A stretch of 63,305 bases of DNA, filler included, from Sphacelaria rigidula (taxonomy: Eukaryota), in NCBI GenBank assembly GCA_964200075.2. It is 5 parts of 5 records of this genome, joined end to end, with 100 filler letters (N's around TTAATTAATTAA, not from the genome) between each part and the next. Parts side by side here need not be neighbours in the genome. Positions count along the whole stretch, not along the records: positions 25,365 to 37,945 come from CAXNAA020003606.1; 4 more parts are not named here. One strand, 5' to 3'. Position 1 is the first letter of the stretch, and each line of letters opens with the position of its first letter. This document shows, one piece after another, positions 25,365-38,045 of this stretch. Both the position numbers and the translations under genes were made by a program. The notes under the pieces were generated by a model. The model saw only the letters and a program-made list of their open reading frames with translations. It did not search any database and had not been told where the DNA came from.

Positions 25365-25383
25365 TTTTTTTTTTAAAAATATG

Positions 25384-25417
<34 letters not shown>

Positions 25418-25427
25418 GATGGTTATG

Positions 25428-25465
<38 letters not shown>

Positions 25466-26967
25466 CTCCGTGTCCGAAAAAATCTCCCGCCAGACCCTTG
25501 CGCCATGCCAAATATTGCGCTATCGCGCCAACCCCGCCGTCGGCCTCTCACAGCTCCAACGAAATATCGCGTTGTCTCAAAGGTGGTTATTACAGCCGAC
25601 CAGAGCACTAATCCTGCACTTTACTGTATAAAAACCCTCGTCTGTGTTCTATTATACAGTATCATGAACTGGCACGGTTTAGCAGAGTTGGCTCCAATGT
25701 TTCGTCTCTCCTTGCACCGGTGGGAACAAGGTCGGGGCAAAATCAGCCAAGGCTCAGGATTCACCATCTCGAATCTTGTGAAGCAAGTCGTCATTCGCGG
25801 TCGAGAGTCCCGCACAACTGTCTGTCAAACAGAAGTACAAGTGTGTACCCTGGCACCGACCCCCTCTTTGCAGTTGAGGTTGCTGGACTGAACAACGGGT
25901 AAAAAGACGGGAGGATGGCAGAATACTGTTCCGAGACGAGGGCTTGCGGTTGAAGGGCCAAGTGCTACTCCGCAAGTAGTGATATGCTGGCTCAGCTGCA
26001 CCGCAGACGCGCTGGCTATAATCTCCAGGAGCACGTGGAGCATTTCTACAGTGAACACATATGCAGGGGGGGGGGCGGGGGGCGGGGGGGGTACGTTGCA
26101 TGAATACAGCGGTGGAAACACAGACATTCAATTGCGGTTGTGCGCCCTGGTAGCTATAGCTCCACGGACTGAAGGTGACCCGCGCGTAGTCTTGTGTCTG
26201 TGCCATACTCTTTGGCATAGATCACAAAGTTACTGGCATAACCAGTACAGCGGTAGTGCGTGGACAGCGGCATCACTGTACCATGGAGAGCACCTAACCG
26301 GACATCGGGAGTGCATGTTATGTAAGCGAGGTGGCAGGCAAAATGCTCGCCACGGATGTTACACTGCAAAATAGACATCGCAACGCTTGTTTCGTCTTGA
26401 GCGCGTCTTGCGAAAGACAAGTCATTTTCACCTTGTCGGGGCTTGTCTGCAATTGGAGGAAGTAATGTGAGCAGCTCTGCTGGCTTGTATGCTGTACGGT
26501 GTGGCTCTCAATCAGATAGAAGACGACTATCGAGCGAGGGTGTATACTCGTGATGTATAGTATTTCCGTGGTAGGGTTGGCGGAGAGGGCGGGACCCTCT
26601 AATTTTGTTGTACTGTTCTCTTTATGTGTTGTACTATAACGGAGGTTTAAACGGTCTTCGGGGTCATGATTTCAAAATTTCAAATATGCAGATGATATTC
26701 GGGGTGACGAGAAAGTTTATCCGGCGTTGTTCTTTGTTATCCGCGGAGAGTGGCTACCCAACCCCATCCCACACCGGACACATCATCACCCCCGCACTGG
26801 CACTCACAACGCTCTTCTCGTACCAGCCCATCCCCCAACATAGTATCAAGAACTGCTTCTGCCTCAACTCGTGCTCCACCCGAGGATCACAGGTTACCTC
26901 CGAGATAAAACTAGGGTGTTAGTAGAGGCAAATCACCACCTGCATCTTCCCGAAGTTTCCCGAAAGG

Positions 26968-27089
26968 ATGGCTGCCTCTTCAAGCGCTACCCTGTTGGCC
27001 GGGCTTGCCGTGATGCTGGCTACTGCGACTACGACTCAGGCACTGAGAATCGTCACGCCTTCAGAGGGCATGACTGTGGTTGGCGGCAG
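26968..27089 (+). CDS. Secreted two-repeat Ig-like (Kre9/Knh1-N-like) protein A, exon 1 (signal peptide)
   Basis: MAASSSATLLAGLAVMLATATTTQA|LRIVTPSEGMTVVGG, donor ggcag|gtgatg, phase 2, matching the next exon. Not in the ORF track. Confidence 0.8.
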
Positions 27090-27909
27090 GTGATGCTTAT
27101 ACCCTTTCAGCAAAAAGTCATGCATTCTTTCCCGGTGAAGAATATTTGGTCTGCACCCAAAAGGAGGTGCTGTCTGGGCTGGGCCGTTGCGGTGGACGAC
27201 AGTCGTCTGTAGTACTTGTTAGCTACTTGGTTCTGCTTGTTTACTACATACTGTTCTGCGCCGAGTCGGAGCTGCGTCCCACTGCACAGCCGCTCCCCGT
27301 GATACACGAGCTATTTCATCGCCGTGTCCACCTGGGCATATTAATATGACCAGGAACCGTGTATCTGCTGTGTTGGCAGGTGTTCTGGTGAACGCCTGAT
27401 AATGGAGGTATCTCAAACTCGATGGACGCGTGGTCTCTTCCAAGTACTGTACTGTATCAGACTGTTCCACTCTGATCGAGCTTTCGAAAAACTGTCGACG
27501 GGACAGACAGGGGCATTCACTGCCAGTGAGTTATTTCTAGTGCCCCCTAGACTGCTGTGCTCAATATGCTACAGTATGGTAACCTAATTGCACGCTCCCT
27601 GTCTACAACACGGTAGTTCACAGCCACATCAATCGGGGAGTGTAGCTTGAATCATTGAGTCCTTTTTTTTTGCACAGCTCATACGCTGTATCCTATAGCA
27701 GACATGATTTCAAAAATTGCATTGGCATCTACGCGCAATTTCCACGAAACGGCGTCCGCTGCAAGTGCACACCATCCTGCAGAGCCAAGGCAAAGCAACT
27801 ATAATACTGAGGTATTTTGAACTACCGCGCGGTCCTCTCACGCATTACAATGATCATGACAGCTCGCCGTCGCTCAAGAAAGATGTTGGTAGTGCTGACA
27901 CGCAGTGTC

Positions 27910-28145
27910 CGCCGCGCCCCGGTGGTGTAACTTCAAATCGCGCGAGTGTAACTAAAAGAGGAGGTGGGTTACGATTCCTGCCAGATGCCTTGTGACTCCC
28001 ACTGTCGATAGGGGGTGTACTCGAGTAGACAAAAGGTACTTGACTGGGTTTGAGTTGACGATCAACATGCAAGGTGTGTACCGGGGAGAGATGGGTCGAT
28101 CTCTTGAGACCACGGACTCGTCGCGAGGAAGAGGAGTTCCAAGTG
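27910..28145 (+). mobile_element. SINE family B, diverged copy
   Basis: gccgcgccccggtggtgtaa head and atgcaaggtgtgtaccggggagagatgggtcgatctcttgagaccacgg core. Confidence 0.6.
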
Positions 28146-28276
28146 AGGAGAAGAGAGGTGTAGTTACACAAGAGAACTTAGTAGACACAATACGGCACAA
28201 ACCGTGTGAAGTGTGCATCCTTAGCCTTGCAGGATCCCAACTTGATTCCTGCGTGTCCTCTCGTGATGATTCATCT

Positions 28277-28457
28277 TGTAATGCGTGAGAGAACCGCGTG
28301 TTCAAAGGACCGCATCGGAGTTTGAACATCCCCATATATGGGGTTAGCGTTAGAGTTATGGTTAGGGGCGTGGTAGTTGCAAGGACTGGCCCAATTGGTT
28401 TTGAAAAACGTCGATCCTGGGGTGTTTCGAACTACGGCGCGGTCCTCTCACGCATTT
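28277..28457. mobile_element. MITE with telomere-like (TTAGGG-like) interior
   Basis: TIRs aatgcgtgagag / ctctcacgcatt. Same family as 53824-54029, with a further end at ~27810-27850. Confidence 0.7.
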
Positions 28458-28487
28458 CACACCTGTGCTGTGAATGTTTTTTTGCAG

Positions 28488-28578
28488 CAAATATCCTGTG
28501 GAGTGGACGGGCGCCTCGGCGGACGCGCGATTCGAGATCGACCTAACCTACTGCGGCTCCTACTCCTTCTGTTTTGAT
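28488..28578 (+). CDS. Ig-like protein A, exon 2
   Basis: ttgcag|(S)KYPVEWTGASADARFEIDLTYCGSYSFCFD|gtgagt, phase 2/0. Confidence 0.85.
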
Positions 28579-28974
28579 GTGAGTACGGGATTTCTGAAAT
28601 ACGGCACCATGATCCTTCATCTGCGCCTTCTCCCATCTTTAGCTATGGACGCAGTCGTGGTTGGTCACACGATCAAAGAACGCGATCCGACCGCTACAAA
28701 TGCCCGGAACCGTATGCTAGCATTGTTGGGCCCGGGTCATCATGTATTACCATTCTAAGGTCGGCGTCATGCTGTGGCACGGGTTGCATATTTCGGCCCA
28801 GATCTCCCTCATTCAAGGGTTTAAAACGTTACCTCACACCATAATGCGCCAGGACATCCCGTGTTTTTTCCTACCCATGAGGAATATGCTTGGCCCATTG
28901 TATACACCAGTACGTGGCAAAGTAGTCGGAGAGGTCACACGCGGGGACTGATTCCAGTACAAGNNNNNNNNNNT

Positions 28975-29116
28975 GTGGGTGCCCTTTTTTCGTGTAGATG
29001 TTCGTTCCTTGCCTGCTTCTGCGGGCTGTTTGGGTTATGGGTATACTGGTGATATGCTCCTTGCACTCTGTGACAACGGGTTCGAGAGATCGAGTTAATG
29101 TCATAATAATAATAAT
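28975..29116 (+). mobile_element. LINE/SINE 3' end family C
   Basis: Shares sequence with 43865-44010 and ends in (TAA)n. Confidence 0.65.
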
Positions 29117-29611
29117 CGGAATGTTAATCGTGGCGTGCTCTCAGATTTTTGGTGGGGGGGAGGGGTTCGGGTAAAATGAAGGGCTCCCAATTGTTCCAAC
29201 CTCAAAATATATGTGCGCCCCTCCTGTAGCACCACTCGTCGCGGTTCTTTGGGCTGTGAGAAGGACTCGAACTCTTGCTTTTGCAGATTAAACATGAGAG
29301 CATCCGTCATCCGTGTGGAAGCCGATTGGCTCTTGACCTTCCACCCCTCTTTTCCTACACCTCACTGATGCCCACACCCCTCAGTACCAAAGACCCCCAC
29401 CGACGGAAGCACTCCGCCCCCGCCGAGCCATCCTCCCCCTACCCGCGCCGCTCTACTGTCATGGTGATGCTTCACGTTGTTGGAACTCCTTTCGTAGAAC
29501 GCAATTAAACGAGTTTGCGCAAATGCTCGCATGTGTGATGAACGGTTAGCCGAACACGAACCGGATACTCCTTCTGTCGCTCCCATGAACGCCGTCCCTG
29601 CTTGTGCACAG

Positions 29612-29920
29612 GACAACTGCGGCTTTCTCTTGGAAAGCTTGTGCCCAGACGAGGAGGCAGGATGCGCCCAGGACGCGGATGGTGGCTACGACGTAATGAT
29701 GCCCGAGCCGCTGGGAAGGCAATCAAGCGGTGGCTACAGGGTGCGAATCGCGGAAATCGGGGGCGGCGTGGATTCGGTTCGGTGCTCAGACGACTTCTTC
29801 TTGATGGCATCCACGGATGTTTATATGACCGGCCAAGTCGGTGGGCCTGGGCCTAGCTTGGCTGTGACATCTCCAACGGCGGACTCGGTGGCACTTTCCG
29901 GGGAGGAATACACTGTCGAG
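29612..29920 (+). CDS. Ig-like protein A, exon 3
   Basis: gcacag|DNCGFLLESLC...GYDVMMP...GYRVRI...CSDDFFL...LAVTSPT...EEYTVE|gtgtgc, 309 bp, phase 0/0. Confidence 0.9.
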
Positions 29921-30107
29921 GTGTGCAATTCCAAAAAATAGCGTTGCAAGTTGTTTTTCCTAAGCTACAGAGTACAGTAATAATGGCTCACCTGCGCACA
30001 TGTTCGCTGTATACAATCTGTCCTGACGCCTGTTTCCGCGTATATCCCGAAACTGTTGATGAGCGACTCCCTCCCATCCCATCCCTCGGCCGCGTGTTGT
30101 GGTCCAG

Positions 30108-30243
30108 TTTGACTATGACAACGGGTTCGGCGGTACCGTCGGACGCTTCAAGATTGACCTGTACGCCAGCGGCGGAAGCGGCGATTGCGGAGATTGGGTT
30201 GGCTCCGTGTGTGACAATCCAGACAGTGGCTGCAGAGATTCGG
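30108..30243 (+). CDS. Ig-like protein A, exon 4
   Basis: gtccag|FDYDNGFGGTVGRFKIDLYASGGSGDCGDWVGSVCDNPDSGCRDS|gtgagg, phase 0/1. Conserved in paralog B. Confidence 0.9.
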
Positions 30244-30624
30244 GTGAGGAGCAAACGCGGCTGTGCCTTTGTCCCGTTTTTCTAAAACATGGGTGATCTC
30301 GGAGTAGCCCGGAGCATGATGCGGGTTTCCCCCGACCTCGTCACAATTTGGGGGACATGTGTGTTATAAATTAGATGACAGACGCAACTGGAGCGATGCT
30401 GGAAGCCACCTCTAGCTCTACCGAAGCCTGCACGTGAAGCACACGCGCATGAAATGACATTTTGAACCATAGCATCCCATCCCCGTCGCGATCGGCATTG
30501 CACTTGCTAGCTCAGGTTGTGAAATGCATGACGTCCTGAATGCCTCCTCACCAGTACTCCCGATCGCCCCCCTCGCTTCGTCTCCCCTGTCCTGTGTCGC
30601 TCCTTTTGCTCGTTTTCCGAGTAG

Positions 30625-30824
30625 CCGGCAACTACGACATCGTGATGCCGAGCGTAGAGCAAGCTGGCATGTACAGTATTCGCGTGGGTGTGTTCGGCGA
30701 TGACTCCGTCTACGCTTGCTCTGAGGAGTTTGAAGTATTGCCTTCGAGCGATAGCATGCCGTCATCGAGCGATGTCGTGGCATCGAGCAGCGCAGGCTCC
30801 GATGCTTTTGTCTTGAATCGGTAG
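30625..30824 (+). CDS. Ig-like protein A, terminal exon 5
   Basis: gagtag|AGNYDIVMPSVEQAGMYSIRVGVFGDDSVYACSEEFEV...VLNR*. Spliced CDS is 858 nt, 285 aa plus stop. Confidence 0.9.
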
Positions 30825-32069
30825 TGACACGGCCCCCACCAAAAGTTGATGACGAGTATAGGGGTTTTGGGACGAGATCACCTTCCTAGTCCTACCGGTG
30901 GATCTTGGGGACCAGAAAAGCACACTCTGTGCTCGATGAGAGCCAGCCAGCATCTTGCCTGTCCTGCGTTGTTTCTGTATGCTTGTTTTCTGAGCAGTCG
31001 GCAACTACGTCATAGATGGCATCGGACCATCGAACAAGGTAGGCTGGTAGACGATACTGCTATCTTTGTGTTGATCGTTGTGTTGAATCGGTGAGAGCCT
31101 GGTTCGCCCAAGTTGTTGATAACGCACTGTTGATGTTTGGGGCGAGAGCACCTACCTGCTGTACAGGTGGAATCTGTAGACCAGTGCAGCCCCTTCTGTG
31201 CCGGATGAGTGCCGCCAGCCTGTTTAACTTGGATCGATATACGTGGCAATTTGAGACCTTTGCTATTCGTTTTTTCATGGTGGATTGCGTTTAAGTAGCA
31301 GTGCGCGTGGACGGAACGCGTTACTCCAAACGGGATAGTTTGTTGAGCATCTGCTTACCTCGGCGTGATGACATGGTGCTGAGTGTTAGGCACGGCGAGA
31401 AGGATGCAAGTGGTCTGATGCTTCTCCTGATGGTGGGGTCACAAAAAATTGTGTGTTGTTGCGGGTGCGTACATGAGGTAGAGTAGAAGCCCTTGGGCGA
31501 TGAAGTTTTATGATGGAAAACTCTTGGGTTTTCAAGCGAGGAACGGTGGTGGTTTCGTATAGATGTTGCGAGGTGCATGCGGAGTTCGATGTTGAGAGTG
31601 GTTTTGCTAAATGTTCGCGAGGAGCGCAGCTGTTGACCGGCAAGTTTAATTATCAAAAAACGACCTTGGAGGGATTCGTCACGTGCCGTGGTGAAAATTA
31701 ATGTAAAAATTATGGTGCTGGCGTTTAGCACGTTGAAGCAACAGGTGGTGCCAAATGCCCGGTGATATGCTTGAGCGGAGCGCCGCAACTATCTGGAGGC
31801 CATCAGTGATATTGTTTTCGTTTAGGTGGAGGGATATCATGTTCCCCGACTTGAAACCACCACCCGCGCCCCCAACGCCCCCCACCCACCACCAGCCCGC
31901 ACCCCCACCGAGCACACGCCAANNNNNNNNNNACTATCTGGGGGCCCTCAGTGATTTTTTTTTCGTTTAAGGGGGGGGGTACCCTGTCCCCCCACTTCAA
32001 CCCCCCCCCCCCCCCCCCCCCCCCTCGCAAAGGCGGGAACAGAGCCGATTCCGCTAGAGCACATATTCA

Positions 32070-32162
32070 AAAAGAAGTGGAGGGCGCCTTCTCAATGATA
32101 TCCAGTTCCGCGAGACCGACATGTAAGGCGTGTACCGGGGAGAGATGAGTTGATCCCTTGAT
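32070..32162 (+). mobile_element. SINE family B fragment
   Basis: gcgagaccgacatgtaaggcgtgtaccggggagagatgagttgatcccttg core. Confidence 0.55.
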
Positions 32163-33380
32163 GAAATCGAATAAACCCACACTGGAATATCGGGTGCTCC
32201 TCCCACCCCCCGTCCGTATAGTTGGCAATTTCAACTTGTGGGCGGCCTGAAGTCGAAATAAATCCAACACTAAACCAAGCAGTGGGTAACGTTCAAAGTC
32301 AAATAGTTTCGACCAGCATGGTGAAGACACAAACTGAAGCAGCTTCAAAACACTGCAATTCCACAGCGCCAAATACCGTTGCCAGAATGATGATGGTTGA
32401 CTTACATCGCACCCCAGGTCAAGTAGGTACAATACAGGTATAAACCACATCGAAGCCGAGCAGTCCCTCACGGAACACCACCCCTGTGTGGCCGCACTGT
32501 ACATCTAGTGATGTTCGACGCCATACGGCCACTAGGAGGCGAGAGTGAGATGTGATTAATTAATCCACAATACCCAAGTGTCCGGAGGGTGCGGGGGGGG
32601 GGGCTGGTTGATTCATTGAGAGCACAAACTTTCCCGAGGAGGGCGAGAGGTTAGAATCATGACCGAAAAACATCCATGTACGTAGACGCTACCGTATAGA
32701 GGGGAAAATTGCCACGAGCGTCTATCGACGTCTCCTCACGTTCTGGTGTCGATTGGCGATATCATGAGATGACTCGGTATGAATCATGAGCAGGAGATCC
32801 GAGGTTTCACTGGCGGCCTCCATCAGGGCGAACAAAATACGGAACCCCCACAGCCAACTCAGCACACCAAGTCTTGAGGGTGGAGAGGAAAAAGATGGAG
32901 GGTGGGGAACCAGCAAACATATCTGCAAACTCGCGGAGGAGTCTTGTGAGGACACTGCTTCCTTTGTAACCAACAAAGGCAGGAGACTTGTTAGCAAGAG
33001 GTGCACAAATGCCCTCTCCACTCTAGCGGGTGAAGAGGGTTTCGTCGATAAGCTTTTTTCTCGCAAAGAACGTGCGAAAAGATTTATATATGATGGGTTG
33101 GGGGCGAGGGTGTGTGATTCGGATACTCCTAGATGGACGAGTGCTCACAGAAGTTTCGCTTCTTCGCACACACTCACATATGTCTACGTACATACCGTAG
33201 TATGTAACGTCATACGAAGCAATGAGCATATGCATATGGGCCACTTGATTGAGTTGAGGGGACGTTATGAACTACGCACCTAGAACATATTATAGTTGTC
33301 ACCGACATGCAAGAGAGATAATCAAGGCGTTTCGTGTTCGTATTTGTGTTCACAGAAAGTGCGGCAAAACGGTCATCGGC

Positions 33381-33423
<43 letters not shown>

Positions 33424-36400
33424 CCCCCCTCGCGCGCTGCCCAGTGCCCCCCGCCCCCCCCCCCCCCCCCCCCCCNNNNNNNNNNAAGGAAAAAAATCAA
33501 GGCGTTTCGGTTTGGTTTTTGGTTCACCAAAAAGGGGGGAAAACGGTTCCTCGGCCCCCCCCCCCCCCCCCCGAACCTCGACCCCCTCTGGGGTTGGCGT
33601 CGGTTGGCGATGACGCTGTAAAGCACGCCACGCACTGCGTCAGCTAGGCAACCAGGTGACCGATGGTTTTTGCGCGCTTGCGTCTTTTTTTGCGGTAACC
33701 ATGATGGTGGTCGCACGAGATCATATTGTGCGGCGTGGGAGAAGAATTTCACCTCCGCGCAAAGGGGATGATCGTACTACGCAGTGTTTAAATGGTGAGA
33801 CACCCGTGGGGCAGCGTATAAGCCGTGGCTGTCTCTGGAAGTGGCGATACCAGAAAATGAAGCAACTCATTGGAGGCTGCCGCCCAAATGCAAGATAATT
33901 AGTACGCTTCGGGGCGAACGATTTTGGTAGAAGGTTGTTCACCCTTCATGCGACTCGCCGAACACACCACAGCGCTTCGCGCTTGGTGATTGATTGCGAG
34001 CCTTGTCCGGCGAAAACCCGGCATACTCCGTCCCGGCTTTGTAGGGATGCTCAGTCAATGGTCTACGACTACGGCATGCAAGATCATGAGTACACCCCCC
34101 CCCCTCCTCCTCCTCCGGAGCCATGCGACTTTCTGCTACTCCCCCAGCACGGAGCGGTTTCCCTTCGAACAACGCGCACCGTGTCCAACTGAATTCAGCT
34201 TGATGCCGCCTCATGAGTGAGACAAACAAGCGCTTCCCACAACAAAACCCCTCGAGGTTCGAGAGTTAGAGCCTAGGCTTTGGAGAAGAGGTGTAAACCA
34301 ACCACGTGAAGGCCATAAATATAGGGATGGTGTTGATTGGGGTTAGGTTCATGGTTTTGAATTCCCGGGGGGAAACTAAGTACTTCAATTTCCGGGGAAA
34401 CAGTAATTGATAAAACAAAGCTAGAGATAATGTTCGAGTTGTTGATTCGCATCTCTCCTCAAAATATCGGGTCCCGACTATCCAATTTCGAGCGACGAGC
34501 TCCGCTTCTTCAGTGGCTTCCGCGCTTTGCGGCAATTTTGTTTCATCTGCCGGCATATATATCGGCAAAATCGCCCGATTTTCTCACCTTTTTATCATTC
34601 AACAACAGCACAACCCATTGCCTTCGTACAATACCCGATGCGCCGCTGATGCGGTGCACGCTCTACAAGCAGCGTAAACGTTTTACGGTGGAGCAAGCTT
34701 CTCTCGTTTGCCTTTCCTTGGGGGAGAGCGGGGATAGGAAGCGGCGTGCAAACCATCAGTTGATTACGACCACAATGTATTGATATGTGGGTTCAGATCC
34801 CGCAACAGGTGAGATGAAAAGCGTGAGAGATGTGGCGAAGGAATGGGGGATTTCAGGACATCGATAAATGCAGAGATCGAGATAGTCGAGGGAGTGTCCC
34901 TTCCCACAACTGATTACGGATGGGCGGGAGAAGCGGGGGTAACGCGGGACCGTCACAGCATGCCCCTTTTGTTTTCTCTCGACTGTTAACATTTTCTCCC
35001 GTTCGATTCGTTTGATCGTGGAAGATGTCCTCACCTGAAGCCATACTGCTAGGGGGCGAGCCATTTGTTGTTTAGTTGTCTTCAGCAGTAACAGGCTTCG
35101 ATTTCATTACCGATATGACATTACACTCCTTCTTTCTGTTCACGTCCTCCTTCCGTTTCGTTTTCTTCCTCGTTCTTCACACAACTGTGGGCACTTCCTC
35201 TAGAGTAGTACAGCTTTAGAATTGAAGTTTGCTTTCACTCGATCAGAATTTTTCCGCACACAATTGGTCATTTTTATCTTATCTCGTTCGAAGTCGGTTT
35301 CCGAAAATATTTCCACGTGCCTTTTAAGCTCGCATTAGTAGTTTGCTGGTGTTTTCCAGCCCTGTACTTGGCGCACAGGCCCGAGATTACATCGTATCTC
35401 CACTTTTTGTTACTGTGTCATGGCAACTAAACCCTGACTTGCTCTTTCGAAGATATATCTACTCAACAAAACAACTCGACGAGACAGGTGCTCATGGGCA
35501 CTATCGCGTCTTCATTCGCGTCTCATGTTGTCACGCGCCCGGTGCAACGAGGTGGCAAGATCGGACCCGTTACCGCTGTATCCCCCGCTTCCAAAGAGTG
35601 GAAGATCATGCACCTGGCATGTCAAATGTCAGAGCTCTCGAAATCAGTGACCATTTGCAACACTACAGTTGGGGTTAGACGTAGGGATGTCGTTACTTCA
35701 CCGCGTGCTTGTCGCCAGCACAACAGTGATCTCCACGAGACTTGCAGCCATGCTCTCTCGCACCAGCAGGTGACGAGACGTCTTGAATCAATCCAAAACC
35801 GTTCTTCATTCATCAACTCGCTGATCAACAGCTTGGCGCTTCGAACAGTAGACTCTCAGCAAAAACCACTCCGGATACCGAACTCCACATGTACTTGAAA
35901 ATTTCTACATGATCACGTTGCTCACCCTCCCTCGAGAACCCAAACGTTTCCCGTCATGAGAACATCAACGCCCAAGGGCTTCTACCCCATGTATGCACAC
36001 CAACAGCACACCCCGTTGTGACCCCAGCATCAGGACAGCATACACACACCAAAAACACTACACATCACTTCCTCACCGTAGTGAATTTCCACGGAACACA
36101 ACACACCCACGCCAAGTAAAGCAAGATTGTATTACGCTTGGAGTAGTGCGTTCCGTTCACGCGCATTGCTACGCCAGCGCGAACCACAGCGGACACATTC
36201 CCGCGGATACGGATATGACTTATTCACACATGCTGGCACTCATGTACCACGGGTGTAGTACTGGTCTACAGACTCCACCTGCACGACTCGGTAGGTGCTC
36301 TCGCCCCAGAAGACCAACGGTCGTCATCAACAAGGTAGACGAGCCGCGCTCTCACTGACTCAACACAAAAAACAACAACCAAGACCAAGACAGCAATATC

Positions 36401-36434
36401 GTCTCCCAACCAACGTTCCTCGATGGTTAGATGC

Positions 36435-36562
36435 CATCGACAAAGGCAACAAATCCAACACCTCAGAGCGAACGACGAGGGAACCATCGCCGGACACACC
36501 CATACGAATCCTGTACATGCCAGCTTACCCTACGTTCCGCATCGCGATGTCGTCGTTGCTGG
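36435..36562 (-). pseudogene. Decayed tandem duplicate of the terminal exon of paralog B
   Basis: gagcag|SNDDIAMRNVG*AGMYRIRMGVSGDGSLVVRSEVL aligns to GNYDIVMPSVDQAGMYSIRVGVFGDDSVYACSEEF. In-frame TAA at 36525-36527. Confidence 0.75.
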
Positions 36563-36789
36563 CTGCTCGGAGAACAAGCACACGCAGAAACGACATAGAT
36601 GGAGCAACGCTGGCTAGCACTCATCGAGCACAGAATGTGCTGTTCCAGTCCCCAACATCCACCGGTAGCTAGGTCGGCGCTCTCGCCCCAGACGACCAAC
36701 GTTCACGATCAACAACTTTGGGGGACCGTGTCACCACTGATTCAGCACGAAAACACTAGGAAAATATACAACTATATATACAAAATCGT

Positions 36790-36950
36790 CTACCACCCCA
36801 CGCCGCTCAATGACGGCATGCTATCGCTCGAAGGGAACACTTCAAACTCCTCAGAGCAAGCGTAGACGGAGTCATCGCCGAACACACCCACGCGAATACT
36901 GTACATGCCAGCTTGATCTACGCTCGGCATCACGATGTCGTAGTTGCCGG
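36790..36950 (-). CDS. Ig-like protein B (inverted paralog), terminal exon
   Basis: gagcag|TGNYDIVMPSVDQAGMYSIRVGVFGDDSVYACSEEFEVFPSSDSMPSLSGVGW*. Near-identical to exon 5 of A up to the tail. Confidence 0.8.
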
Positions 36951-37438
36951 CTGCTCGGAAAACGAGCAAAAGGAGCGACACAGGACAGGGAAACGAAGCG
37001 AGGGGGGTGACCGGGAGTGCTTGTGAGGAGGCGTTCAGCACGTGATGCCTTTCACAACACTGTTCATAGGTGGATAGTACTCTTCGCAATGGCATTGGTC
37101 GACTATAGAAGCAAGCCACGATTGTGGAGTCCTTGTCGCGTCCTTTGATCATGACTGGAACTGCGTTTGCAAGTGCTCACGTGCCGATCACGACGGGGCT
37201 AGTCCACTGTGGTACGTATATCTACCATTTCCTACGCGTGTGCTTTACGTACACACTTTGGTTAGAGGTAGCGGTGGCTTCCAGTATCGCTCCAGTTGCG
37301 TGTCTCATCGCATCTGACATACATTCGCTCCCCGAAGTGTGACGGTGTCGGACTCAAACAGCATCATCCTCCGGGCTGCGTCATTATCATCATGTTCATT
37401 CAAGGCAGGACGAAGGCACGACGATATTTGCTACTCAC

Positions 37439-37574
37439 TCGAATCTTTGCAGCCCTTGTCTGGTTTGTCGCACACAGAACCAACCCAATCTCCGCAATCG
37501 CCGTTCCCGCCGCTGGCGTACAGGTCGATCTTGAAGCGTCCAACCGTACCGTCGAACCCGTTGTCATAGTCAAA
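37439..37574 (-). CDS. Ig-like protein B, penultimate exon (upstream exons not on this scaffold)
   Basis: gttcag|FDYDNGFDGTVGRFKIDLYASGGNGDCGDWVGSVCDKPDKGCKDS|gtgagt, 136 bp, same length and phase as A exon 4. Confidence 0.8.
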
Positions 37575-37945
37575 CTGAACCGCAACGCAAGGCCGAGGGA
37601 TGGGATGGGAGGGAGTCGCTCATCAACGGTATCGGGAAATACGCAACAAAAGACAGGGTCAAGGGAGACTGTGTGCAGCAGCCATGTGCTCAAGTGAGCC
37701 GTACCGAGCACAACGAACATACCGCCACCTGTTACCGGACCAGAATATGTGTACATACTTCTGTGTCGCGTAATTTTACATGGAAAGCGCAGACCATGAC
37801 GAATATTATCACGCTGCGTGCATTCACCGACAGATAAAAATGTGCGGAATTCACTCTGGGCTAGTCTTTTGCCATTAATAGAATACTACATGAGAGTCAT
37901 CCTACGATAGGGGGGGGGGTATTTGGTTGCACGAAAAAATAGGCT

Positions 37946-38045
37946 NNNNNNNNNNNNNNNNNNNNNNNNNNNNNNNNNNNNNNNNNNNNTTAATTAATTA
38001 ANNNNNNNNNNNNNNNNNNNNNNNNNNNNNNNNNNNNNNNNNNNN
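37946..38045. other. Artificial scaffold spacer
   Basis: N44-TTAATTAATTAA-N44. Confidence 0.98.

Noticed and set aside
32722..33283. Overlapping 114- and 165-aa ORFs between the inverted paralogs
   Set aside because: No recognisable motif or convincing splice partners; may be chance or decayed sequence.
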